Shown here piece by piece: positions 9,897 through 21,972 of a stretch of 64,000 nucleotides of DNA (positions within the stretch are counted from its first letter, which is position 1; every line of letters begins with the position of its first letter). Source of the DNA: Sporopachydermia quercuum (taxonomy: Eukaryota); NCBI GenBank assembly GCA_001599295.1, contig BCGN01000006.1, positions 496,001 through 560,000 of the forward strand, written 5' to 3'. The notes beneath the pieces are model-generated. The model was not told where the DNA came from. It did not search any database and saw only the letters and a list, made by a program, of their open reading frames with translations. The position numbers and the translations under genes are program-made.

Positions 9897-12476
9897 ATGT
9901 ACGCAACTAGAAGTAACGGACGTATTACAGATACAAGATCATCAAATGATCATTCGTTATCGCTGTTAGCGTCTTCTAGGTCCAATGCTTTGATATTCTC
10001 CAAGTTCCACGCTGAACAAGTGTTTTCCTTGTCAGGCACCAATAATTCGACCACGTTTTATGGTCATAAGCCTTCTTTACGGCAGAATAAAAGAGAATCC
10101 GACTGGTTTCAGAAGTCTGGCAATGATCTGAAATCGCATTCGATAAGCTCTTTGTCATCTTGCTTCTCTTCTACCGACTCTATCGATTCTCTTACTTCTA
10201 GCAAAAACTACTCGAAGACTAGTAGCAGTAATAATGATGATTCCTCAATAAGCAGTGCAGAACCGGATGTTTCAACATCTGGGGAAAGAGCGGAATCAAA
10301 TTCAAGCTCAAGTACGATCAAAAGAAATAAGGCATGGAATATGAGTTTGAAAGAGCCATCCACATACAGATCTAAATATAAATCACTATTAGCACCATTG
10401 GATTCGTTCTCTACGTCTTCCCGAGCTTCTATCAAATCTTTCTGCTCTACCGTGTCTTTATCAACTATAACGACACACAGCTCAATTGCAACAATCTCCA
10501 AGCGAAAATTGTTCAAATCAAATACAAGCAAATCAGCATTCGGTTTGTTAGCTGAGACATGTGATCCTATTACATTTAAAGCTTTGCCAAATGACGTATT
10601 AGAGGTGATTTTCTCATATTTGAATCAACATGATTTAGTCAACCTATTATATGTAAATAAGGTTATCTCGGAAGTGTCAAAAAGAGTACTTTATGAATGT
10701 CCTTTCTTTTCAACCAGCTACAGATTAGCACAATTTGTAACGGTAATATCTCAGAATGAGCAATTGGCATCTTATGTCCATACCTTGGATTTGAGCCACA
10801 TTGAACTTGGAACAATTAATCTGAACCGATCGGCAACTTCTCTTTCCCTGAATTCGCTAACTGGAGAAGCTAGATCGAACAGCTCAATTACTACTGATGC
10901 CGAGAATGCCACTAACAATAACAATAACAATAACGAAAGCGAAAACAATGAGAGCACCTTTCTTTCCGAAGACTCTTGGGACGATCCAAACGTAATCATT
11001 CTTGCGGACTGGAGAGATTGGAAATTCCGTCATGACCCATTATACTCTACTTCACACTTTTCCTCCAAGTCATACAAATCAATCAATTCATCAGGTATGG
11101 ATCCATATAAAAAAATGTATTCAAGGCAGCAATTCAGAAATCCTTTCTTGCATTCAGAGGATTATGAATCACATGACAACGACTTATTGACTCCAGTAAC
11201 TACGGTTGCATCTGGTTATTATAATATGGTTTCCCATCGTCGATTGAATAGTACTACAAGTTTACATTCAAATCATACCAGGAGTCGCTCCCAGGTGTAT
11301 CCAAACTCACACTCTCACTTCAAATCGATATCATCAACATCGACATCAAACTCACACAGCTCATTAACATCAAGTGACAATAAGAATCATAGCTTCTTCT
11401 CTTTCAGACGTCAAAAAAAGAACAAAGCTGGTCTCGGATCGTTGAGATCAAGAACATTATCTGATGCTCCAGTATTAACACAAGTTAACTCTAATGAGAA
11501 CTTTTATCAAAACAACACTAATAGTACCAGCTCTACTAATCTATATAGTGATTTTGAAGAGGACACTGGTACTCATTTAGAAGGGTTATTGGATGCAACC
11601 AATAAGAAGAAAAAATCAAGAGGATTAAAGAAGTTTCAACGATTTATTCATAATAAATCATACGAACCAAACAATAACAACGGTCCAAGAAAACTCTTAA
11701 CGTCATCTCAGAGTTTGGGCAATGAATTTAGTATTAGATTGCCCTTCTCGACTCCTCATCCTCAGCAAAACATATTCTTTGTTGCAAAATATTCTGGTAC
11801 TAAGGATATTCCCGTCGGTGCTATTTTGCATATTCTACATTACTGCAAAAACATAAGTACCATTAACTTATCAGGTGTTCACCTCGCAACAGATTATCAA
11901 ATTACTTCTAAGGAACATATAAAGAAGTTTTTGCCGATTGTCAGACCAAGCTTAAAGGATGAATATCAATCAATGCAATTGAGTGAAACAAAAAAATCAG
12001 AAAAACAGAAGGACTCAGCGAAAGTTCATTCGTTGTTGACATTTGATTCATTAGTACCGACTGAAGAAGAGAATGCTCAAATGTCGACTGAAATATCTGT
12101 TGGAGACTACAACGGTAGTAACATTGAAAACGAAGGAATGACCATTTCTATCAGAGAATCAACAGCACGTTCACGTTCACTCCTAAGTACGAACTTATAT
12201 GTTTCAGACGTTCCGAAATCAAACACATGGAAAATCGATCAGATTCAGAGAGTAAATGTGGATTCCATCATAAATTCCATATGTGAGTTACCTGGTGTTC
12301 GAAAATTGAATTTAGCAAACCTAATGTGGCTGACCACTGATTTGGTTCACAGGCTTTGTGATCTACATCCTGAAATCGAGGTTGATTTGCAAGGTTCTGG
12401 TATGATCAAAAACGCCCCATGGGCCATCAAGGGGAACATTGCGTATTTGAAAGATAATCTTGTGAGAAGTATTTGA
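9897..12476 (+). CDS. COS111: F-box protein, Cos111-like (~859 aa)
   Basis: F-box LPNDVLEVIFSYL, followed by PFFSTSYRLAQFVT, DWRDWKFRHDPLY, PFSTPHP, KDIPVGAILH and an LRR-like C-terminus; Ser/Asn-rich linkers. First ATG at 9897. Confidence 0.75.
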   Translation: MYATRSNGRITDTRSSNDHSLSLLASSRSNALIFSKFHAEQVFSLSGTNNSTTFYGHKPSLRQNKRESDWFQKSGNDLKSHSISSLSSCFSSTDSIDSLTSSKNYSKTSSSNNDDSSISSAEPDVSTSGERAESNSSSSTIKRNKAWNMSLKEPSTYRSKYKSLLAPLDSFSTSSRASIKSFCSTVSLSTITTHSSIATISKRKLFKSNTSKSAFGLLAETCDPITFKALPNDVLEVIFSYLNQHDLVNLLYVNKVISEVSKRVLYECPFFSTSYRLAQFVTVISQNEQLASYVHTLDLSHIELGTINLNRSATSLSLNSLTGEARSNSSITTDAENATNNNNNNNESENNESTFLSEDSWDDPNVIILADWRDWKFRHDPLYSTSHFSSKSYKSINSSGMDPYKKMYSRQQFRNPFLHSEDYESHDNDLLTPVTTVASGYYNMVSHRRLNSTTSLHSNHTRSRSQVYPNSHSHFKSISSTSTSNSHSSLTSSDNKNHSFFSFRRQKKNKAGLGSLRSRTLSDAPVLTQVNSNENFYQNNTNSTSSTNLYSDFEEDTGTHLEGLLDATNKKKKSRGLKKFQRFIHNKSYEPNNNNGPRKLLTSSQSLGNEFSIRLPFSTPHPQQNIFFVAKYSGTKDIPVGAILHILHYCKNISTINLSGVHLATDYQITSKEHIKKFLPIVRPSLKDEYQSMQLSETKKSEKQKDSAKVHSLLTFDSLVPTEEENAQMSTEISVGDYNGSNIENEGMTISIRESTARSRSLLSTNLYVSDVPKSNTWKIDQIQRVNVDSIINSICELPGVRKLNLANLMWLTTDLVHRLCDLHPEIEVDLQGSGMIKNAPWAIKGNIAYLKDNLVRSI

Positions 12477-12811
12477 TAAAATATTTACAGGGAAGCTATG
12501 ATTGTATATATATACTATCTTGTATTAGAACTAGCCCGACTATCTTTGCTTCAACTGGCTCAACATAGAAGCAGACCTATAAATTTATCGTGGTCACTAT
12601 TAGTAACGTGGCATATAGCAGAGTTGGTGTCAAATCTATCTTGGATCATTCAATTGCCTATTAGTTCGTCTTGCTTTATCAATATTACATAGTGAATGCA
12701 ATATATAGCATGCTAATTACACATTTACATTACATTCAGTCATACTCAATTACAACCAAGGTTATCCATTTCATTTCATTTAATAAGCTAAGCTGTCCCA
12801 TTGAGGCTCAC

Positions 12812-13642
12812 TTAAGCTGCTTTCTGCTTCTTGCTTGCATTGGTCTTACTGGAATTCCAGTAAATAACCATCTGCAAAGCAAGGATTAAATTCAACACAC
12901 CTGCCGCAACAACAGAAATAAGTAACATGGTATCATCAACCTCCTTCAAGGTAGTAAATATACGTGCTGCTGATCCCAGCAAGAAATTAAACACACCGAA
13001 AGCACTCAATTGCCCTGTAGACTTGTTCTTCCAGTTAGCATAAATCTGGGGAACTTTGCTTGCAAGTCCTATTGGAATACTTGCAAGTTGCAAATAAACC
13101 ATCTTATCCATAGTAAAGTATTCTTGATCAAAAAATAAAAGATTGATCAAATAGGCAATAGCTCCAACAAAATGTGCAGAAACAAATATCTTCTTTACTC
13201 CCGATGAATCAGCAAATGATATAATCAAGAGAGCGATCACCACGTTCTGAATACCCATAAACACCATTTCACCAAAAGTTGTGAATGGTTGATTTGTGCG
13301 AACATTATAAGCAACAGATATAATCTGAGCAAGAATTTCCAATGCATATCCTAGCAATGATAAACCTTCCGCTGAGCCTGAGGACAGAATTTTTGATATT
13401 TGAGGAATTTTGACGATACACGACAAAAAGACTATACCTAGTGATAATGCTTTGGAGATTGCAAGTGACAAGCAGGACAGTGCCTCTGGAGAGGAGAAAG
13501 GATCAACACGAACTACTAACTGTTCTGTACATTTTGGTCCTAGTAAGGATTCTGCCACGTCTATTATAGGTTTTGGTAGGTTAGCAGTGATGGGTCTGAT
13601 CACTGCCGCTACTGGTTGGAAATATCTGTCGATTTCGTCCAT
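12812..13642 (-). CDS. PQ-loop membrane protein, mannose-P-dolichol utilization defect 1 (MPDU1/Lec35) family
   Basis: Two PQ motifs (IVKIPQI, SKVPQI), PFTTFGE, STGQLSAF, ARIFTT.KEVDD, and a C-terminal KxKxx ER-retrieval-like tail (KQKAA). Confidence 0.9.
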   Translation of the reverse strand: MDEIDRYFQPVAAVIRPITANLPKPIIDVAESLLGPKCTEQLVVRVDPFSSPEALSCLSLAISKALSLGIVFLSCIVKIPQISKILSSGSAEGLSLLGYALEILAQIISVAYNVRTNQPFTTFGEMVFMGIQNVVIALLIISFADSSGVKKIFVSAHFVGAIAYLINLLFFDQEYFTMDKMVYLQLASIPIGLASKVPQIYANWKNKSTGQLSAFGVFNFLLGSAARIFTTLKEVDDTMLLISVVAAGVLNLILALQMVIYWNSSKTNASKKQKAA

Positions 13643-14162
13643 TGTGATACATACAAAGCTGACTTTCTATTTGAGAGATGGTAGTGAAGCCTGATCTAGA
13701 TTGAAACTTCTTTTTGGTTGATTCTATATTGATTATTCTATACTTGGAAGCGTAGTTGATGAAGATAATACAGGTTATATATAAGGAGAGATTCACATAA
13801 TAATGTGAGGACTGGATAAACGCGAGCTTCAAGTCTCCTTTTGACTCTGATAATGCAAATTTTCGGAGATGGTAAAAGTTAAGATCTCCGATATTGTTGT
13901 AATATAAGGCTACTTCCGAGTTGTTCACAAGATATGAATTGGAATCAAAGGAAATAAAATAATAAGAAAATCTGAATAAATACATTACTTGCGTGAAGAA
14001 GAAATGTCAATATTAATCTATATACTGACACTGTAAAATTGTTAAATTTTGTTTATTCAGAATTAGGACATAGTATTGGATGGGAAACAAGTACTGAATG
14101 AACACTCAAAGAGCAACTTCAGATTGGGTAAAAGCCAAAGAACAACTCCAATTGCACAACTA

Positions 14163-15230
14163 CTATTTATATCTAGGAGGTCTTTGAGCCTTATTTCGTA
14201 CTAGCCTCACTGTTAGCCATTCAGTAGCATCTTTTACCCCAGTTCTATTATAAAAAGGGCGCATTGTTAGCAAAAGTTCTCCTATTTCTAATAAAACATA
14301 TCCCCAGTTTCGTTTCTGGTGCTTGCTGATACTTACCCAACCAGCGCACTTATCGGTAGGACTCTACTGTCTCTAGCGCTCAAATGTTCAGCAATTTGAT
14401 TGAATATCTCTTTAATATCTTCTACTTCCATATGATCATCACAATCTTGTTTGTTGGCCAGCATTAAGATAGGAATGCCTTCTGTATCGTCATCAGTAGC
14501 TATTTTGACTATAAAATATTGAATAGAAGTAAACTTATGTCAGCAAACAAATTCCAAAAACGCAGTACCAACTGTATGTGATGACTTAGATGGAGAGCGA
14601 ACTTCATGATACTTACTAAGTGACTCTTTGCACTCTTCCAGCCGGTGTCTATCAGTTGAATCAATAATAAATACAATTGCATGAGCTACCCCAAAGTATT
14701 CTTTCCATAGAGTTCTTAGAGTTTCTTGTCCACCAACATCCCATATCCTTAGTTGTACCTTATTTGCTGTAATATATGCAACTATTAGACGATAGTTAGT
14801 AACATAGAGCTAAAAATTATCAATGAAGCTCAATATCTATTGGATACGTACCATTTTGGCCAACTGTTGGTGCTATTCTCTCAGGCGGCGTTATTTTTGC
14901 TTCTGGGTTATAGATAGATTTCATCTTTTCCAGAAAAGTCTGTTGAAGAGAAAAGTAAAACTGTTAGAATCAGGCATTCTTGTGCCATTACATAGTAAAT
15001 GTTGTAAATACCAGAACTAAAGAAGGGACATTATTAGAAGTGCGTACCGTTTTACCTGCATTATCCAATCCTAATAATAAAACAGAATACTCTACAGATA
15101 ATAACTAATGTTAGAAACTAATAGAAAAAGAAGTCCGTCATTAATGACATCTAAGTGAGTCCCCACAGTAAGTAAACTTACCTTCTTTCTTAGTCAATGA
15201 GGCATATAGACCTCTTGCCAGATGATACAT
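14163..15230 (-). CDS. ARL3: ARF-like GTPase Arl3/ARFRP1, 6 exons (15230-15182, 15091-15048, 14939-14852, 14781-14617, 14508-14337, 14244-14163), 199 aa
   Basis: Manual splicing gives an uninterrupted 600-nt frame: MYHLARGLY...GLDNAGKTTFLE...PTVGQNV...WDVGGQE...LANKQD...ARDSRVLPISAL...RPPRYK*. All five introns (70-108 nt) have GT..AG ends and branch-like sites. Missed by the ORF track. Confidence 0.95.
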
Positions 15231-16216
15231 TGCGATCAATGTTGATAGAACCAAGTAAATGAGTTTGAAGATAATGATGTGAGAGATTCTATAGTAGCAT
15301 TTAACCTACAACAAAAAGCTTAAATTAAAAAAAGTACTCTACTGTATATCCAAATGTGCAAAATTTGAGTGCTTCTATTTATTGTTTTGATCCAGTTAAA
15401 CATGAACCTCTTTTAAGCGTCTTCTGAAGCTAATACAGCTTGTTGTACTTTGTTCGTAAATCCCTCATGTGATAAGGCACTTCATCAGTGGAATTGATCA
15501 TTCATTCTAGACAAAAACCTCATTCAAGTACTATTGATTATATCAGCTATAATTGCAGCTGCTAATCAGATCTGGTTGTTCACGATCAGGTCAGATAATG
15601 AAACTAAAACGGAAAAGGATATATAATTTCCATAATTTAGAGTATCGGAAATAATGTGGATGATCACATATGATAACGGCGTTTGATTTCTACGCTGTGC
15701 TAATAGTGAACTATTTGGTATATTGACTAAGCATTATCAGTTATAAATTATTATACAACTATGAATGAGATTGTCTATGTCTCATCTATTATTTGAGCTT
15801 TGGCACATCTGATCATTTAGCTGCTAGCTGCTAGCTTCTTGATGAAGAGAACAAACGGAAACTATCCTCAGTACCCTATTTCTGGTTCGTCCGTTGATTT
15901 GACATTCTCATAGTTGAACCAAAGTTTTACTTTACAAGGGATTTCAAATTGTCAATCTGTTTTCAGATTCCACTAACATCTTTTTGTTATCTTGAAGTTA
16001 ATCAATAGTCAGTTAAAAAAGTATTTAGTTTGAAAGTTAACGGACCAACCTAGTCTTTCGAAAGATATGACATCTCATCTTGTAGATTCTTGTAATTTAT
16101 TAGATGACATAATCATATAACATGGTCTATTTTATCACATACAATTCAACTGATGGTTGGGTGTTACAATTTGTGCTTGAGTCTTTTCAAACTTGGCACA
16201 AAGAATGAAAAATCAG

Positions 16217-16226
16217 TGAAAAATTT
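16217..16226 (+). promoter_or_regulatory. RRPE element (TGAAAAATTT) upstream of eIF3L
   Basis: Exact RRPE consensus about 180 bp upstream of a translation-factor gene. Confidence 0.5.
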
Positions 16227-16400
16227 CCCTTAAGAATGAACAGAAGAAATAACTGAATAAGAAAAGCATATCAAGAGCTCCCGATGGTATAAACGCGTGC
16301 ATATTTGAATAGGAAACACTTTTTTTGTTGTAGTCTGTATCAAAGAACTGTAAGTCCTATTATTGGTTTCCANAGCCTTGTTGATTGCAAAAGAAAGAAA

Positions 16401-18119
16401 ATGGCATCTGCAGTTGCTGAAGAACAGCTTCCTGTTCAAACTGGGTATGTATTTGTTGTTAGAGCTGACGAGAGTAAAGAATTGGCTAGAATTGAAAGGA
16501 TTAAGTGTTGACATAGTATGCTGATTGTATATCTTTTTATTAACAATTGCAATAGATCTCAGGATGCAATTCCCGAACAAGTAAAAGACTTCTTGAAGTA
16601 CTTTTATAAATGCTTTCTTGAAAACAACACTTACGAATTACACGGTTGTTATGAAAACACATTCAACAAGCTCACCGACAAGTACTACAAGTCAAGTCCT
16701 TGGCCTGAGCCAACCACTCAAGTTGCACCATTGGTTGATAATGACTCTGTCTTTTTAGTTTTGTATACTGAAGTTTACTACAGACATATCTATTCTCGTT
16801 TACAACCAACACTTGATCAACGAGTAGCATCTTATACTAATTATTGCGATTTGTTCAACTTGATCTTAAACAGTAACGAGGGTCCTGTTGACTTTGAGTT
16901 GCCTCATAAATGGATTTGGGATATTATTGACGAGTTTATCTATCAGTTCAACCAATTTATCATCTACAGATCAAAATTAGTTAGAAACAAAAAAGACAGT
17001 ACATCAAGTGAGATCTCTTACTTAAAAGCTCATGCCGATATCTGGAATGCTTACAGTGTTTTAAATGCTTTGTACTCATTGATTGGAAAATCTAATATCT
17101 ATGAACAATTGGAAGCTGCCAGTGAGGGAAATGATGTTCAAGAAGCTGCTGGTGAGTATGGAGCCAGGGCATTGTATAAGAATTTAGGATATTTCTCAAT
17201 TATTGGATTACTCAGAGTTCATACTTTACTAGGTGATTTTGTTTTGGCCTTAAAGACCTTGGAAGGAATTGAATTAAAGAAATATGCTTTCTACACCAAG
17301 GTCCCTAGTGCTCATTTCACTATTTATTACTATGTTGGATTCTGTTACTTGATGATGCATAGATATGCTGATGCCATTAAGACGTTTTCTCATATTCTGT
17401 TATACATTTCTAGAACCAAGAATATTGCCCGATCTGGTCAGTATGATATTGTTACAAAGAAGAGTGAACAAATGCGTGCTTTATTAGCTATCTCTGTCGC
17501 TTTATGTCCCACTAGAATTGATGATGTCTTACACTCAGCTGTTAGAGAGAAGTACGGTGAACAATTTAGCAAATTGCAAAGAGGAGGCCCTGAAGCTTTA
17601 CATGTATATGAAGAATTGTTGAAGTTTGGTGCACCTAAATTCATCTCCACTGCTTTACCAGATTATGATCATCCCAAATTCAATTCAGATCCCGCTCTAT
17701 TACACTTGAAAGTATTCATGATCAAAATCAAAAACAGTGTGTTAGCTCCTTCATTGAAGAGTTACATGAACTTATATGCTTCAATTGAATTGAAGAAACT
17801 TGCTGGTTTCTTAGATACTGATGCTGAAACATTACGAGAAGCCTTAATCTCTTTCAAGACAAAGAATCGTCAATTGAAATCCAATGGCGGTAAGAAACTA
17901 CTTGAAGGTGATTATTCAAATGTTTATGAGCTGGATATCAAGCTTGAAAATGATATTGTTTATGTTAAGGAACTCAAACAATCTAGAAAGTATGCTGATT
18001 GGTTCATCCGCAATACTGCTAAGAATCTGTACATGCAAGACGTTATTGAGAATCCTGAGAAACAAGAAGAAAAGCAAGAGGGAAGGAAACAGAAGCGTGA
18101 CAGAAAAGACAAAAAGTAG
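16401..18119 (+). CDS. Translation initiation factor eIF3 subunit L; exons 16401-16444 and 16556-18119 (~535 aa)
   Basis: YYRHIYSRL, WIWDIIDEFIYQF, LGYFSIIGLLRVHTLLGDF and YYYVGFCYLMMHRYADAI are eIF3L motifs. Intron GTATGT..TATTAAC..TAG (16445-16555) joins MASAVAEEQLPVQTG in frame. Confidence 0.93.
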
Positions 18120-18738
18120 TTCGAGTGACTCTTTTCATTTACAGTTGAAATGATATATAATTTCCTAATAAAAAATAATCAAATACTTCCCTTGTAATAG
18201 TAGCTTTTCCGGTAATAAAATACCCTCTTATTTCGCTCCAGGGCAAATTTGCATGTGTGAGTGTTTAGGTGTCTTTTGTGCAAACTGTTATTTGCTATGG
18301 CAGATATGATATTCTAGTAAGAGAAGAATGATAGAACTGTGCTTACTCATTTGACAGCTCTAAAGAAAGGATATTACCATTTTCAACGAGCTTTTCAATA
18401 TAAATGAATCCATAACTTACCAACTCCGAAGAGCACCTGTAGCCTCATCATTCTTTATGCATAATTATGCATAAATTTGCGAGTGCTGAAAACTTTAATA
18501 TAGAGAAAGATTTTTTTTCTTCGATATTTTTTTTTAGAATATTCGAAACTTATATTCCTAGAATCCTATCATCTTATCTCTTTTCAATAACAAAAAAAAA
18601 TTCAAATTAAGAATACTCACATCCCAAACAAAAAGAGTGTATTAAAAGCATTTACGCCAATTCGGACCTACAGATTCTCTCGGCAGACAGGAACACAAAA
18701 AGAAGGAGAACTATCTGAAAGCTCTAATTTGATTCACA

Positions 18739-19643
18739 ATGGCTAAGAAAATAAAAACATCTAAACATATCTCAGCAGATGTTGTTTCTGACTCTGATAT
18801 GGAAGATGACGAACCGTACGTCTTTTTCTTATCTATGTTTCTATTTATTTTCAATTGTTAGAATTCTGTTTCTTTTTTGCTTCGAATTGAATTGATTGTT
18901 GTGGCTGGATTAGAGGTAGATTACCTTTCATAGAGTAGATCCTACATACTAACAATACTACTAGAGTTGAGTTCCAAGTCCCACCGAGATTCTCTAAATT
19001 AATACCATCATCGAAGGAAATAAGCATCAAATATTCTCAAGAACTATGGCTGATTAAAATTCCTCCTGATTTCTCTATTGGAAAACTGAAGACATTACCA
19101 GTGACTTTTGATCCAGCCGACTTTACATCTTTGAGTACTGATAATCGATTATACAAAGTTTCTGAAAATGTTGGACAAGAGACAATCGATGCTGGAAAAG
19201 AAGAATCTAACATGAATGTGTTAGTTTATAAGAGAGATGAAGGGAAATACAAAGGATTGAAAAGAAAAGTTGATAGAGTATTTACGATCAGTGAAATGGC
19301 TTCCATCCCTGAGATTGATTATAAAAAAGTGAGGATAGACCAGCCGAAGGTCCCACAAGTGAAAGGATTGAAAATGAGATACCATCCAACAGGTTATGGA
19401 ATTGAAGATTATAAGAAAGAAAATGAGGATGAAGAGGATGAAGAAGGGGAAGAAGAAAATAAGAAATTGATAGAAGCAAGTAATAAGACTGGTAGTGTTA
19501 AGGTAGATGATATTGAGATGAAAGATGTGATTCTACAGAAAGGGAAGAAAGATAAGAAAGAGAAAAAGGAAAAGAAAGAAAAGAAAGAGAAAAAACATAA
19601 GAAGGAAAAGAAAGGGAAGAAGGATAATAAAAAGAAGGATTAG
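18739..19643 (+). CDS. RPA34: RNA polymerase I subunit A34.5; exons 18739-18815 and 18965-19643 (~251 aa)
   Basis: Spliced product contains ELWLIKIPPDFSIGKLKTLPV, PKVPQVKGLKMRYHPTGY and a KKE-repeat tail. Intron GTACGT..TACTAAC..TAG (18816-18964). RRPE-like TGAAAACTTT at 18487-18496. Confidence 0.88.
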
Positions 19644-20130
19644 ACAAACAACTGGGATAGCATTGATTTTATGTGATGTTAAGTATTTCTTATTTATTTG
19701 CTTTGGTTACTTTTGCACTGTATTATAATATTTACATTATAGCATAATCTTCGAAGAAAAACGTAGATTGTACATTTTTATTATTATCATCATTATTCTA
19801 CTGGTTGTCTCATTATTATTACTAGTATCTATTTCTTCTTCTCCCTCCTCTAACAAAAATTCAACTTGAAGAATGTGTAGTGACGCAAAGAAATGATTCA
19901 ACAATAAAACTTGAACTCACAGGTATAATTATCATAGAATTAGGTTGTACATTCTCATTCGAAAGTTACTTCTTGTNATTTATACAATGTAACAAGAATG
20001 GTTTATTGAATTATGAGTGATTTTATTCCGAGCTCTGAAGTCATTTCTTGCTCTGTATCTGATTGCTTCTGCTGATGTTACGTTCCTCTCAATCTTCAAC
20101 CGTCCATTCAGTCGCACTTCTAGGCGCTAT

Positions 20131-21039
20131 TTACTTTCCTTGGCTGTAATCCTTCAAAATACCTCTCATGTGCAAATTGGTTATCTTACCGCGTCTCGGT
20201 TTCTTCTGTTTCCTTTGCTCAGCACCTTTGGCTTTCCTTTTAATTGACGCAGGATCAACACTTGTGGGTTTCAAACCTGCCTCTTCAAGTCTCATTGGTA
20301 ACTGTGATTTGTCGGGCAACTTGACGCGATGCCATGCTATTACGATATCTTCTTCCACTTTCTTCAGAGGTCCATCTCTATTTGCCCAAACTAATCTTGG
20401 ATCATTATCCTTCTTCGTTCGTAAAACAATGATTTCATCTTTCTTTTCAAGCTCCTTCAACGTTTTTACGCATCCATTCCAACCATCTTTTAATTCTTTT
20501 ACATGAATACCTTTGAATGTTGGTTGCGACCGCAAAAATCTTAGCAGTTCTTCACCTGATGTTATATTATATAGTGAGAGATACCTAAATGTCTGCTTTT
20601 CGGGGTTGTATTGAATTCTGTCTACTTCACGTAGTAAAGGTACTAGAGAGTCTGACATTGGTGTTGAGAGTGCATCTCTGATTTGTTGAATTGTTCTTGG
20701 TTCATCATGTTTCTGAGCAAATTGTTAGAAGTGCAAACGAAAAAGGAAGATATAGAAATTACAAGTGCACAGATAGTATTGCATAGTTTAAGAATTATTA
20801 CTTACTTTTATTTCTTCCACTGCAAGGGTTAACTGTGTTGACAGATGGTTTCCATTGGTTTCGATAGGCAGTCGCAGCTTTAATTTCCTTTTCTCTTCTT
20901 TTTCCCTTTCCTTTTGCTTTTCTAGCAGCTGTCTCTCTTCATCTTTCTTTGATGATTCTTTCACTATTCTCCGCTGAATAGTTGGAGCTGTGCGGAGTTT
21001 GCTTTTGAATGCATTCAGCTGATCAGACAAAGATGACAT
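20131..21039 (-). CDS. TFA2: TFIIE beta (small) subunit; exons 21039-20806 and 20712-20131 (~271 aa)
   Basis: HLSTQLTLAVEEIK joined in phase 0 (GTAAGT..TTCTAAC..CAG) to ...VKELKDGW...VLRTKKDNDPRLVW...GLKPTSVDP...KITNLHMRGILKDY. Confidence 0.92.
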
Positions 21040-21972
21040 TTTGAGTTACTTACAGAACCGGCCCGCCCCAAAAACTCAATATAAAATCCCAATAGTAGTA
21101 TCTCACTAAATTGTGATTATCGAACTAGTTTATGGCTAGCTATCAGCCAGAATGAATAAATAAAGATGTGAAGATAGTGAGAAGAATAGACCAGAAAACC
21201 AGAAGATAAATTGAAATAGGTTAGAAGAAAGTTGAATGAACAAAATAAAACTGATGATGTAATCATAAATACAGAAGTAGATCAGAAGAGACTAGGCATG
21301 TTTGATGTACAGTGAAGATTTATCCTACAGTGTTCTGAAACGAACAGCAATTTAACATCAATCTATTAAGGAAATGATGGTAGCAGGTTCTTAAGATTAG
21401 TAGCAATAGCTGTTCTTTATACACATATGTTTTTTCAGCTTTGTATAATATAAGGAATATGTGTAGTGTATTTTGTTTTGCACTTTTAGAGGCTTGGCAA
21501 AAGTAAAACAAACAGGTACATCTATTTTACATAATAATGCATATATATTGCATGCTCTTTCTTGTTTTCTGTTGATAAAGAAGGATGAAGCTGCTTCCAA
21601 CAGAGGTGTCAAATGATTCAAGCTTTATGTGCATAAGATATAACATATTAAAGGCATATTATATCTATAGATGGCTTTGTTAGTTGTTGTTCTTTCAGAT
21701 TTTGCGCTATACTTTGACTAGATGGTTACCACATAAATATGATGAAATATCTGTATAGTAGTGCAAGGTGATACCGTCCAATCTATTTATACATGGCTGC
21801 TACTTATCATAATTAATGATTTCAGCTACACTAATGAATGCTACGTTATCGAATCTTAATTGCTTGAATGTTTATTCTTTTATACATGATCATAATCCTC
21901 AAAGCCCCAATTATCCTAACTTAATGTTTCATCAATTCTAAGTGCTAGTCATAGACTATACTATCACCCTTT

